64,000 nucleotides of DNA from Eledone cirrhosa (lineage: Eukaryota), in NCBI GenBank assembly GCA_964016885.1, contig OZ024740.1, positions 240,746,001 through 240,810,000 on the forward strand, in the 5' to 3' direction. Both the position numbers and the translations under genes were made by a program. Under the pieces are notes generated by a model. The model was not told the DNA's origin and ran no database searches. It saw nothing but the letters and a program-made list of their open reading frames with translations. Shown piece by piece: positions 36,994-50,903 of the stretch (positions are counted from its first letter, which is position 1; the number at the start of each line of letters is the position of its first letter).

Positions 36994-38529
36994 CTAAAAA
37001 TTCACCAGACCGAGGAATTCACGCAGTTTCCGAAATGATGTAGGTGCGGGAAAACTGCGGATAGCTTCTACTTTCTCCGGAAGTGGACGAATGCCGTCTT
37101 TATCAATGATGTGCCCGAGAAAGGACAGTGAAGGAACCCCTAGAAGGCACTTGCTGGGGTTGATGATGATACCGTACTCAGCCAAACGTTGGAAAAGGAG
37201 ATCTAAGTGCTTCTCGTGTTCTTGCTCGGAAGTACTTGCTACCAGCACGTCGTCAATATACGCGTATACAAAGGGTAGATCACGTAACACGGTGTCAATA
37301 AACCGCTGAAAAGTTTGTGCAGCGTTGCGCAGACCGAACGGCATTCGCAGGAATTCAAATAAACCGAACGGTGTTGTGATTGCGGTCTTCGGAATATCTG
37401 CAGGCTCCATAGGTATCTGGTTATATGCTCGTACCAAATCTATCTTGGAAAAGATGCATGCGCCTTGCAGAGAGGCAGAAAAGTCGTGCAAGTGAGGTAC
37501 AGGGTAATTATCGGGTGGTGTGGAATTGTTGAGTGCACGATAATCCCCACATGGTCGCCAATCATTCTCGTTTTTTTTAGGAACAAGGTGTAGGGGTGCA
37601 GACCAGTTGCTGGAGGAAGGGCGAATGATTCCGAGGTCCAGCATGTGTTGGAACTCCTGTTTGGCGATTCTCAATCGGTCTGGAGGCAGTCTCCTTGGTC
37701 GGGCAGCTGTGGGTGGTCCTCTTGTCTCGATGTGGTGTGTGACGCTATGCTTAATAGGACCATCCTTAAATACCGGGCGAGTGATGTCTGGGCATTTATG
37801 GAGAATGCCGTTGTACCGCGAAGGCTCTGACTGGCAAATTACAGGGCTCACTGTGGATTGCGTGGTAAATATACCTCTCACAGTGAGGTTTGTGGTTGTG
37901 TCAATAAGCCTCCGGTTCTTCATATCCACCAGAAGGTTGAAGTGGTGGAGAAAATCGGCTCCTAGGATAGGGGTCGGCAGGTCTGCCACGACGAACACCC
38001 ATTGAAAACACCGCCTCAGGCCTAAATTGAGGGTCAGCGATTTCTCCCCGACAGTCGGAATTGACGATTGGTTCACTGCCTGCAGAAAGGACGGTGTTGG
38101 ATGTCTTTTGCCCGAGATTAGTGAAACAGGAATAACACTAACCTGGGCTCCTGTATCCACGAGGTAACGGATGCCTGTCGCTTGGTCGTTAATAAAAAAT
38201 AGACGACTTTTCTTTTCAGTACCAGGAGTGAACGTGGTCGCTCGGACCGCGGTGGTATTCTGGAAAGAGCACGGGGCTTTGCACTTAGATGCCTGTGCGC
38301 TGAAATTTGCGTGATACCAGCAGAGGTTGCCAGGCACACGATTTTGACTGGGACTTCTGGATTTTCGACTGTGAAAAGGCCTGGATCGACTGTTGCTGCG
38401 TCGCCGGAGTGTTTGAAAGGTCAGGTTCTCTACTTGATTTGAGAGGGCTTTAATTTGACCAGCCCGCTCTCTGATCATAGCCCGCAGCTCTGAAATCTCG
38501 GCGTCTGTCGTTGTTTGTGACATGTCCAT
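36994..38529 (-). pseudogene. Gypsy truncated gag-protease-RT ORF, cut by an insertion
   Basis: 511-aa ORF ending at FLGLVNF; the frame resumes as NFYRRFIPH at 36563. Confidence 0.9.
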
Positions 38530-38554
38530 GTCGGTATCTTCTCAGGTGCTGTTT

Positions 38555-38586
38555 GGTTGCGCGTTCGAATCACGTCGGGGTCACCA
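38555..38586 (-). other. Primer-binding site complementary to tRNA-Trp, extended to 32 nt
   Basis: Plus strand reads GGTTGCGCGTTCGAATCACGTCGGGGTCACCA, the 3' end of metazoan tRNA-Trp including T-loop and CCA. Confidence 0.85.
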
Positions 38587-38588
38587 AT

Positions 38589-39072
38589 TGTAGCGACGTG
38601 GTTAGTCAGTCTGGTCACTACTTCCAATCAGATCCGAGAATAGCCCTTAAAATGACTGTTATCGCATACGATTTGATCGTATCTGAAGATAGCTCTTAAA
38701 AGAACTGTTGTCACACACGGTAAGGATGAAAAGACGAAAGCACAAGTTGAAAGGACGAAGCAAGGCGAGAGATGTAATTTCGATCAGCTATTTATTTTCA
38801 CATGAAGCGACGATACAAGGTACAAGGCGTGTGTGAGTGACAAGCGTGGCAGAGGAGAGGAACAACGATACGTGGGTTGACTCTGCCAAATGTCGACTGG
38901 TGAAAGTGTTTGGAATCACTCTATTTATACAGAAATAATCGTTTGATATTTAGTCGCTGCGTAGGCGTTTATTCTGATGGTTTTTAAGGGTTGTTTGTTT
39001 CACGGTGAGGTAGCTAGCTAACAGATAGATGTAGCTGTATATTTCACAGATGTTATTTCCGGTGGCTGTACA
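38589..39072 (-). repeat. 5' LTR of the Gypsy element
   Basis: Adjacent to the PBS on the minus strand; TATA-like and AATAAA signals on the minus strand. Confidence 0.93.
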
Positions 39073-41248
39073 GATCTACAAAGGCAATATCAACCTTGGC
39101 GGGATTTGAACTCAAAGCGCAGGTAGCCGGAACGAATACGACAAAGCATTCTATCCGACATTCTAACAACTCCCACTTCCCCGAAAATTTGATAATGTTG
39201 TCACAGATATATGTAGCGGATAAGTTGTATTGTTGGTATGGTAGTTTTGATGGAAAGAATAATGCCATAATTGAGTTGTTAACAATGTTTATTTTATAAT
39301 AACAATATTCAATTTGAACACTGAGTAATAACATTTATGACATGAAAATATCCGTACATTAAATTGGTAGCTCTACGAGCTATGTGAATACAAGTATCAG
39401 AGAAGACGATATAGCGTGTAAGTTGTATTGTGTCTTGCAGATACAATATTACAGGAAGAATAGGATGAGAGTATAATATAAACAATATTAACTTACTATG
39501 TGAGTGTGTGTGCCTATTCTTAGAATATCTTATTTTCATAGTAGTAATGGTCAATCAGTCAGGCAAGCATGTCTGGCTGTTTCGGTGGCCGAGGTGGCAA
39601 ACCAGTAAGGACCAGGAGAAAGATAGAGTGAAAAGTCTACTGATGCTACATCGTTATCTTGTTGACTACCGCTTCGTGTCTGACCTTTGGGTTCCTTAAC
39701 TCCTTGTATTTATAATAAGTGCTAAGGATGGATATATGAGGTTGATTTATGGTCAGCCCTGTGGTTATCGTCTCCCAAGAGGTTGAGGTCACAGGTCAAA
39801 TGGAATGTACATTTATCATCGTTGTCTTGATAAGACAATGGTGAGAACTTCCAACGATAGATTGTCGCAGAGGCGAGAAAGCTCAGATTCGGTTCTTCGG
39901 AATCTTCGCCGGTAAAACACAGGAGTATTCCGTTATATATACTATATAAAAAAACTGTATGCTCAGGGCTAGAATGTCTTTGATCATAGGTCTGCTTGAT
40001 CAAGATTCACCTTGTCTTAATCAACATGTAGAGAAGTGGGTGCTAACTAACCTACTTAATGTAAATCAAGAGTGTTTCATTACGTAAAATTACACCCGTA
40101 GTGAAAAGAAAAAGGAAACCACGATCTTATTGATTAATTCTAGTAAAGAAAGACGAAAAGACAACAACAAAATTGAACTCATTAAAATTGTGTTTCAGTT
40201 TGAAGATAGTATTTTATAAGATATAGATGAGAATGATATTTGTGTATTGTGTATCAATAGAAGTCACCAATGAAGCAGTTTATAACATATGATGATGTAT
40301 TATGTTATCAGTATAGCAGCATGTAATATTCACCATTTTAATAGTATAGTATTACTTTAAGCAGCGTGTAATATATAACCAGAATATGTAACAATGATGT
40401 TAACGGCAACATGTGTAGTTCGTTGTAACAGAATTTATTAACAATGTTTAAGGTGAAAAGAGCTGGATTAAGCTTGGTTGGTTGGCATGCCAAAAGAAAT
40501 GAAACAAACAAATTAAGATCTGTAAGAGAAGACACGGTCCAGTGGCTAAAGTGAGAATCCAGGCCGCGGTATTGTTTTGTAGTTACATTTTGGAATGATG
40601 CTTGTTGAGCAAAAGCAAATGGTTGTTTACCTTAGCAAGGTCAAGCTGTAAGAGAATTAGTTTATTAAAAAGAAGCGGGTATTTCTTCATTTGTGTAGAA
40701 GTTTATATACATATCCTTACGCTCATAGCGATTGGCGTAACACAGCCAAACAAAGCACAGAAAGGGTATCAATGCGCCAAAGTTAGCTTGCTACAAGTTG
40801 ATATGATCAACGGAACAGCCTGCTTGTGAAATTAGCGTGAAAATGCTAAGCCACAGACGAGTGTACTCTTAACGTAGGGAGATTCAGCGTGACACTGTGT
40901 GACAAGCCCAGTCCTTTGAATTACAGGTACGTCGTAAAATAAAGTACCTTGCACAAGGATACGACATGTCATCAGAATCAAACGCATGATCTTCAGCTGA
41001 ATATCCTAACTAAGTCATGTGTCTTCATTAGTTGAAAATAGTGGGGAATGCTCACACATACATACCCACATCTATTTATTATATTAAAGTGCTAATAGAT
41101 TACGTGCCTTAAAATATGTCCTACATTGTACAAAATACTATGTGTTTCTCAAACGATATATGGTTCTCTTTGTATATATAAACATATCTTTTACATTTGA
41201 ATTATTGATACTCTGAACCATTGAGCTTATTTATTGAGAAACATAATC

Positions 41249-41295
<47 letters not shown>

Positions 41296-41298
<3 letters not shown>

Positions 41299-42540
41299 GA
41301 AGTTCTATTTAAATTGTTGGGATACAACAAGCAAATATTTTTATAACTGATATAAAGCACTCAACAAATTATTGGAGTAAAAATACGATATATTAACAAA
41401 TGGAAACTATATTTATAAAACCATATTTATTTCATTATACATATTTCAAGGACACCAAGTTAAATTATGGTGTGCTTTCATCAGATAAAATATAATATAG
41501 ATCAGTTTTATAAATAAATATTGACATACCCTTAAAGAATGCGACCATTTCTGTTGGAAGCTCCCGGATAGTGGGGTTATAAATTTATTTATACTATTAT
41601 GCAAATTAGTGTCGGATATTTTTAAATCACAGTAGATTTAAAATAAGCCGTTGGGGTATGGAGAGAAGGAAAGAGAAAAAAGAAAAAAGCAGCTTTAAGA
41701 GGAAAATAAGAAAACAAGAAAAAGAGAAAGAGAGAAAGAGCAGAAAAAAGAAAAGAGAAAAGAGAAAGCGAAAGAGAAAGAGAAAGCCCTAAGTGATAGG
41801 TTGTTGTATTAGCATAACTTTTAAGATGAAGTGAAAGAATAAATATTTTTGGATGAGTAAAGTAAATAAGTAAATAAGCGTGAATGGAAACTACTCGTGA
41901 ATGGAAAATGAATTTTAACCAGTGTTTAAATATGATTAAATGTTTAGTTTATCAATTAAATTATCCATCAAATTATTGAGATCTATACATTAAAAGTTGA
42001 GATCTATATATTATTAAAAATCTATATATTATTAAAACCATATATTATTAAAAGAATATATTCATATATATACGTACGCACACATACATACACATACATA
42101 TAAATATATATATATACCTACACATACCATACACATAGATAAAGGACTTTTTATGTATAAGATATAGGAATGAAACTTATATATTTTTCTGAGAAACCAG
42201 AGAAAAAAACCCGGAGAAAAACATTTCTATGTAATAGCAAAACACCGTGAAGGAAATTGAGTTATTTGCCTATATTAAATGTTATAAATGTCAAGATAAC
42301 AAAGGAAATTTAAGATTATAGAAACCTTATGTTATAATACAAACCTTATATTATAAATTTTATATTTACTAAATCCACCTGTTATGTAGTTGTGACTGTT
42401 ATTATATAAGTTTGTTTATCACGAACCTTAAGGAAACCCTTATAATCTAGTGCATTTGAATTGTATGCATATATATATATATATACACACAACTCCCACA
42501 TATATACACATAGACATAGATACACATACAGGAAGATATG

Positions 42541-42601
<61 letters not shown>

Positions 42602-44500
42602 TAAATGTACAGTACATAGTATAATTGAAGTACATAATATATAAAAAATAAGATAAAAAGGAATTATATTACGATTTGGAAATATATTCTTACAATTATA
42701 AGCAATATAACTTTAAAGCAATATAATTAAAAAAAATATAATTTTAAAAAATTACAGAATATCTTAAGATATAATTTTAAAATAAGAATATGTCTAAAAA
42801 ATTCAGTATAAAATTTAAATTTTTTATACAATATTTAACTCTCAGTATGTTCAACTTATTTTTATAACTATATGGGAAATTTTCAAAGAAAAAGAAAGAG
42901 AAACTTTCAAAAGAGAAACTTTCAAAAATAGGAGAAGCCTTGCAAAGAAAATATTTTCTCCTTTTAAGAGCTTTCGGTATGTTTATCTAGAGAAATTTTC
43001 TATGAAAAATTTTTTATATTTGAGAGTTTAAGCAGTGAAATGAAGGAATCTAATGATTTATCGATAGGTTCAATATATTAATAGAATTAATTATATATTA
43101 TATTTTAAATTTATATTTAAACGTTGAGTTCAATCTATGTCTGCAGCAACTGAATAGATTGCTTCTTACATTTAGGGAATTTTTGCTTTTTAATATAAAG
43201 AATATTTCCTCTATACAAAGATCACAATTTTCTGAAGAGGAATTAAAAGGAGTAGCTTTTGAAATAATATTCCAAAGTAACGAATATTTAACGTTCTTTA
43301 ATTTGAGGTCCCATAATAAGCTAGATAGAGAAGTTGAAGATTTTTTGTTTAAATGCGTAAAAGAGCTTTTATGGTTATTAAAACGAGATTTAAAATCTGT
43401 GGAAGTAGATCCTACATAATTAAATGAATTTAAATTAGTTATTACATTACAATTATATACTATATTTTTAGCTAAGCAATTGTTATTTAACGGACAATTA
43501 GATTTATTTCTACAGTTACATTTATATAATTGGATATTGCTGGGGTTATTAGTGGTATTTTGGTTAGGTTTTAAATTTTTATTATTAATTCTATTAATAT
43601 TCTGCGCTAAATTTTTGGTGGATGAATAAGTTAATTTTATAGTATGTCTATTAAAAATTGAGTAATATCTATGTGTTCTAGGGAAGCATTTGTCAAGAGC
43701 TTTAAAAAATAGTTTAGCAATAGGAGTTTTAATATTTAATGAGAAATGAGGAGAGAACCATAATATATTCCTAGTTCTATTTCTTTTTTTTTGTTTTCCG
43801 AATTATTGTAAGGTTTTCTATTATAGTTGTTAAAATTGTTAGGATTATGGTTAGTTATATTATTATTATCAATGTATTTAATTTTATTTCTATATCCAGC
43901 TCTACCTAACGCTTCGTTGTAATAATGTGCTTTATCATCAAATATATTCTTATTAGCTGAAATTCTAGAAATGCGTTGCTGTACAGAATTCACTATAGTA
44001 TTTTTAACGGATCTGGGGTGATTAGAGTTAAAATTAACGTAGTTTAAGTTCTCGTTTAGTTTGTAAAAAGGATAATGAAGACATGTGTTAAGGTTTAATG
44101 TTACATCTAGAAAATTAACTATTTTATGGTTATTCTCTATTTCTACTTTTAGATTAAGGTAATTAAAAAATTGTATAATTTCTTTTCTTTTCCTATTTAA
44201 TTCACAGTTATTATTTTCGATAAGTAAAAGCATGTCGTCACGATATAAACCTCCGGTCATCTCAGGTATTTTTCTATGTAGAGAATTATTTATAAAGAGG
44301 CCCACAAGATCCGTTACCTGAGCGGAATCGGATGATCCCATAGTGATATCGAAATTATTGTTTCTATCTGCTCTAGTCCAGAGTTGGTTGTTAAATTCTA
44401 TTAATGTTTTCCGTGCCGTTAAGATAATGTGCATTTCATTACTAGTTAAGTCTGTATGTTTAAATGCATATGTTAGTGCTTTGTTAAGTAGATTAGGATT
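41296..44500 (-). mobile_element. 5'-truncated PLE, Hydra-clade-like (RT, CxCx5C linker, GIY-YIG, long 3' UTR, pLTR)
   Basis: FDITMGSSDSAQVTDLVG, GLYRDD, NFLDVTLNL, SNHP, CNCRNKSNCP; (TA)n at both ends. Confidence 0.88.
41428..41492 (-). ncRNA. Type I minimal hammerhead ribozyme in a PLE pLTR
   Basis: TATTTTAT-CTGATGA-AAGcACACCA...TGGTGTcCTT-GAAATATGTATA-ATGAAATA; stems I-III pair. Confidence 0.75.
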
Positions 44501-44619
44501 ATATATATATATATATATATGAGGATTATGTTTCTCAATACATAAGCTCAATGGACCTTGGTTCAGAGCATCAATAATTCAAATGTAAAAGATAAGTTTA
44601 TATATACAAAGAGAACCAT

Positions 44620-46672
44620 GGGTGGGAAATGACGATGGGATGGGTGGTGTAGGTACCCTCTAGCTGATAAGTGGGTAGATAAGGTAATCTCAGTGAACAG
44701 GGTGAGTGCAAGAATCATTAAACTCAGACTAGTCCCGAATAAAAAAATTACCACAATAATATCAGCTTACGCACGCCAATCGGGGTTGCCAGACGAACTT
44801 AAAGATAGGTTTTACGAGTCCCTAATGCACACTACTGCTCTAACAAACGACAATGATTTCCTAATCATTGCAGGAGATTTTAACGGACACGTAGGTAAAC
44901 ATCGTGACGGCTTCTATAGAGTCCATGGAGGCCATGGGGTTGGCACAAGAAATGAAGAAGGCCTCAGGCTTCTAGAATTCTGCGACGCCAATGACATGTC
45001 GATATGTAACACAAACTTAAAAAAACCCGACAGCGACCTGATCACCTATAGATCAAGGGAGCATTCTAGTCAGATAGATTTTATCCTCATCAGAGGACGT
45101 GACAGATGGACGGTCGTAAACACAAAAGCCTTCCCTAGTGAGGAATGTATCTCCCAACACAACTTAGTTGTCAGCGACCTCACGGTCAGAACTAGACGAA
45201 TCTGGAAACAGAAGCCAACCTGGAGAAGAAAGATCTGGAAGCTGAAAGACCCCTCAGCCAGTAACAGATTTAAATATATTTTACACATCGCCTATGACAG
45301 TAAAGAAGAACAGATAGAGACATTCAATGTAGAAGAGCACTGGGAGTTCCCAAAAAATAACTTACTAAAGGCGACGGATGAGATCTGTGGCTGGAGTAAG
45401 ACCACAGGCAAGAGGAAAGTGACTTGGTGGTGGAACAATAAGGTAGATGAGGCAGTTAAGGCCAAGAGACAGGCATGGAAAGAATGGAAGAACGGGGGAA
45501 GCAGGGTTCATTACATAGAGACCAAGAGGGAAGCTAGGCGACAAGTATACTTAGCTAGGAGGGAAGCAGAGGATAGAAAATTCAAGCATGTTTTGCAACG
45601 TGAGGACCAGAAACAGGAGGTGTTCAAGATTGCGAGGTAGTGTGTCAGAGAGAATTGTGATGTCATTGGAGAGAAGTGTATCCGGAATGATAAAGGGGAG
45701 CTTGCCCTCACAAGTGCTGAGAAGAAAGATGCGTGGAAGATCCATTATGATAGATTACTAAATGAGGAGAATGCATGGGAAGAAGAGACCCTACCCCAAG
45801 TAGACCCTATAAAGGGGCCAGCAGTACAAGTCAGCAGCAGCATAGTAAGTAAGGCAATCAAAGATATGAAGATGGGGAAGGCAACCGGTCCATCGGGTAT
45901 AGCTGCTGAGATGCTGAAGGCATCTGGGTCGGTAGGTCACACCATAACCACACGTATTGTTAACCAGGAAATACTAGAAGGCGTCATACCAAAGGATTGG
46001 TGCAGTAGCATCATTGTCAACTGCTACAAAGGTAAAGGTGATAGAGGAAACTATAGAGGTATGAAGCTGATGGACCAGGTCATGAAAGTAACAGAAAGAG
46101 TTATAGCACAGTTGATTAGGGACCGGGTGAAACTAGATGAGATGCAATTTGGATTTGTGCTAGGAAGAGACACCACTGATGCCCTCTTCCTTGTGAGGCA
46201 GTTACAGGAAAAGTACCTAGCTAAAAGTAAGCCGCTCTACCTGGCATTCGTCGATCTCGAGAAAGCCTTTGACAGAGTTCTCCGTGCTATAATCTGTTGG
46301 GCTCTTAGAAAACTAGGAGTAGATGAATGGCTTGTGAAAGCTGTACAAGCCATGTATAAGGAGCAGTCAGCAAAGTTAGGATTAGCAATGACTATAGCGA
46401 GGAATTTAGCGTACAGGTTGGTGTCCACCAGGGCTCTGTTCTTAGCCCTCTCCTGTTCATCATAGTTCTGCAGGCAATAACGGAGGAGTTTAAGACCGGA
46501 TGCCCATGTGAACTCCTGTATGTAGATGACCTCGCACTTATAGCTGAATCTATGGTAGAACTAGAAATTCCAAACTTGGAAGCAGGGACTAGAAAGAAAG
46601 GGTCTCACAGTCAACCTGACAAAGACTAAGGTCCTTGTAAGTAGACGAGAAAACAGAACGTAGATCCCCTCC
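44620..46672 (+). mobile_element. RTE LINE fragment with APE endonuclease and RT, truncated at both ends
   Basis: IIAGDFNGHVG, SQIDFIL, NYRGMKL, QFGF, AFVDLEKAFD; close to the 1937-3450 copy over the shared part. Confidence 0.92.
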
Positions 46673-47459
<787 letters not shown>

Positions 47460-47460
47460 G

Positions 47461-47494
<34 letters not shown>

Positions 47495-47524
47495 GGAGTA
47501 AATAAGACCCCGACGGCTATATAT

Positions 47525-48075
47525 ATATATGTATTGATATCTTGGCGGTTTCTGTCCCTTATGATTTGAACGCATATAGTTATATATCTGTGTTCGTCTC
47601 TCTTTACTGTGTTCTAAGGCCCCGGAAACTTTTTCCTTGAGCTAATTTGATTATAGGGGACTAATATGAATTTTTAACTCAATATATACTTTTGATAAAT
47701 TGAGCTCCTATGCTTTTAATGTATCGGATGGTTCTAGTAGCCTTACGTTCTATTCGATTCGCCAGGCACGCGATAACCACGTGCTTTCTATCTTAACACA
47801 TGTGCGTTATTTAGTCTTCTACGAAATTTAGTAGTGAGGGATATATTGGTCATGAAGCATCCATTGAAAAGCATCGGACCAGTAATTCTCTTCACTTAAT
47901 TGCGAAACAGTTCTACCAGAAAGCTGTCTGGATGCTTGATAATTACCATAGTAGGTTTTTATATTTTGATTTATCCTTTTAATTGAGTTCTGTGAACCGT
48001 ACTATCTTTAGTCAGTATTTTCTTTACGCTGGCGGTGTCTGTCCCTTGTGATTTGAACGCTCTCTCTTTACAGTG

Positions 48076-48076
<1 letters not shown>
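47525..48076 (+). mobile_element. Non-coding (TA)n-flanked partial-tandem unit (about 486-nt period), probable PLE pLTR remnant
   Basis: TGGCGGT.TCTGTCCCTT.TGATTTGAACGC repeated near 47542 and 48028; AAGCATCCA/TGGATGCTT stem within a decayed HHR-like core. Confidence 0.5.
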
Positions 48077-48155
<79 letters not shown>

Positions 48156-48256
48156 CTACCTGTGTACATATTCTTCTATAGAATATGTATTTAGTATATA
48201 TACAATATTTCTTGTGCGATATATGGCTCTTTCTTTCTCTGTATATACATATATCT

Positions 48257-48344
<88 letters not shown>

Positions 48345-48349
<5 letters not shown>

Positions 48350-50832
48350 GAATTCCAACTTTGTCTGATTTACTCGATTTATTTACAATCCTTTAAAATT
48401 TATAATGGTATTAGAATGAAATAGTATGGTAGAATATTAAATGTTAAGTGTTAATAGAACAAGTACTTTCATGCTTTCGCAATCTTCAGGTTCATATTGT
48501 GTGGTGACAGTCAAGTTTGCAATTTTCAACTGTAATGAGATGGATAAATCTTGCAAACAGTATTTCGACCAATCGGTGTGTAGTTTCACTGGATTACTAA
48601 AGCTGATTGGTTTAGGCGTCACGGTTGGTTGAGCATGTCTAGCGACTACTAATTGATCCTATCCAAAGCATCAATTGTTTTTCTATTTTTAGAAATGATG
48701 AAAATAGAATTTTCTAGTAATCATCACCATCAACATCACTTTTATTATTATTATTGTTGTTGTTGTTAGTGGTCGTAGTCATAGTCATAGTAGGATTAAT
48801 ACACCATTATTATTGCTCATTTAGCTTGGGTTTGAATTTATCAATAACATTCTTTTCTTTAATTTTTCTCTTGATTTCACTTGGGCTGTGTAATTTGTAG
48901 AATGGAAATATTATAAATATTCTCTGACCACATGTTGCTAGATGGTTACTTAGGGGTATCTGACGGACATTTGGGTCTCTGATTTGCTGTCGGTGTACCC
49001 GTGCACGTTCCGATAGTGAAATTCCAGTTTGACCGACATATAGTTCCTCACAATTCGGGCAGTAATGCTGTAAGTTAGATTTCTGCTTTTGCAGTTCATA
49101 TTTGCATTTGGGAATATTTTTCCAGTTTTTGTTTTCATATATTGACCGGCGTGTATGGATTGACATGTGCCACATCGACTATCATTGCATTTAGATACAG
49201 TGAATGATTGGTCTTTGTTGTTAAGGTCAAACTTTGCTTTTGTTAGTAATTGCTTCAAATTTTTCGGCGGTCTTTTACTAAGAGTCAAAGATCGATCTGT
49301 GATTAAGCCTTTTAATTCATTACTTTGAGCAATGATCGGTAGGTTTGCTTTGGCAGTGTTGAAGATATCCTGGTGACATGGGTTGTGTGTCATTATAAAT
49401 GGTATGACCAGTTCTTGGTTTCTTCTTCCTTGGGTTGTCATAAGTTGTATAGGTATTTTTATAGCCCGCTGTATGCCATTTTCTATAAGTAGAGATGGGT
49501 ATTTTTGTTTGAACAAAAATGCTCTTAGTTCTGTTAGGCGTTTGTACTTGGTCTTCGAAGAATTTGTACCATTGTAGAAGATACGAATACCAGGTACAAA
49601 CGCCTAACAGAACTAAGAGAATTTTGCTCAAACAAAAATACCCATCTCTACTAATAGAAAATGGCATACAGCGGGCTATAAAAATACCTATACAACAACT
49701 TAGGGCAACCCAAGGAAGAAGAAACCAAGAACTGGTCATATCATTTATAATGACACACAACCCATGTCACCAGAATATCTTCAACACTGCCAAAGCAAAC
49801 CTACCGATCAAGTAATGAATTAAAAGGCTTAATCACAGATCGATCTTTGACTCTTAGTAAAAGACAGCCGAAAAATGTGAAGCAATTACTAACAAAAGCA
49901 AAGTTTGACCTTAACAACAAAGACCAATCATTCACTATATCTAAATGCAATGATAGTCGATGTGGCACATGTAAATCCATACACGCCGCTCAATATATGA
50001 AAACAAAAACTGGAAAAATATTCCCAAATGCAAATATGAACTGCAAAAGCAGAAATCTAATTTACTGCATTAAATGACCGAATTGTGAAGAACTATATGT
50101 CGGTCAAACTGGAAATGCACTATCGGAACATGCACGGGCACACCGACAGCAAATCAGAGACCCAAATGTCCGTCAGATACCCCTAAGTAACCATCTAGCA
50201 ACATGTGGTCAGGGAATATTTATAATATTCCCATTCTACAAATTACACAGCCCAAGTGAAATCAATAGAAAAATCAAAGAAAAGAATTTTATTGATAAAT
50301 TCAAACCCAAGTTAAATGAGCAATAATAATGGTGTATTAATCCTACTATGACTATGACTACGACCACTAACAACAACAACAATAATAATAATAATAAAAG
50401 TGATGTTGATGGTGATGATTACTAGAAAATGCTATTTTCATCATTTCTAAAAATAGAAAAACAATTGATGCTTTGGATAGGGTCAATTAGTAGTCGTTAG
50501 ACATGCTCAACCAACCGTGACGCCTAAACCAATCAGCTTTAGTAATCCAGTGAAACTACACACCGATGGTCGAAATACTGTTTGCAAGATTTAGCATTCT
50601 GGAGCTACTTTTCACTGTATATAAGGCACAAAATTTACCCATCTCATTACAGTTGAAAATTGCAAACTTGACTGTCACCACACAATATGAACCTGAAGAT
50701 TGCGAAAGCATGAAAGTACTTGTTCAATTAAAACTTAACATTTAATATTCTACCATACTATTTCATTCTAATACCATAATAAATTTTAAAGGATTGTAAA
50801 TAAAACGAGTAAATCAGACAAAGTTGGAATTC

Positions 50833-50837
<5 letters not shown>
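48345..50837. mobile_element. PLE 3' portion duplicated as a 2.5-kb palindrome
   Basis: 48345-49557 is the reverse complement of 49584-50837; KCNDSRCGTC linker, CPNCEELYVGQT, KFKPKLN; (TA)n both sides. Confidence 0.92.
50688..50726 (+). ncRNA. Minimal type I hammerhead (mirror copy at 48456-48494, -)
   Basis: TGAAC-CTGAAGA-tTGCGAAAGCAt-GAAAGTACTT-GTTCA; palindromic stem III. Confidence 0.7.

Positions 50838-50898
<61 letters not shown>

Positions 50899-50903
<5 letters not shown>

Larger units (their letters stand above)
33291..39072 (-). mobile_element. Ty3/Gypsy LTR retrotransposon, CsRN1-like lineage, defective
   Basis: Paired TG...CA LTRs; gag CHCC motif (CWYH...KCKAPC), protease LVDTGA, RT YIDD, RNase H DAS/TDHKPL, integrase; tRNA-Trp PBS; flanks GATG/GATC may be an imperfect 4-bp TSD. 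Confidence 0.95.

Noticed and set aside
38555-38586. tRNA-Trp gene
   Set aside because: Only the 3' 32 nt are present, with encoded CCA and next to an LTR; it is a PBS
50075-50077. In-frame TGA at a Cys position of a PLE endonuclease (possible selenocysteine)
   Set aside because: The mirror arm has TGC at this codon and both arms carry other lesions; simple decay is more likely
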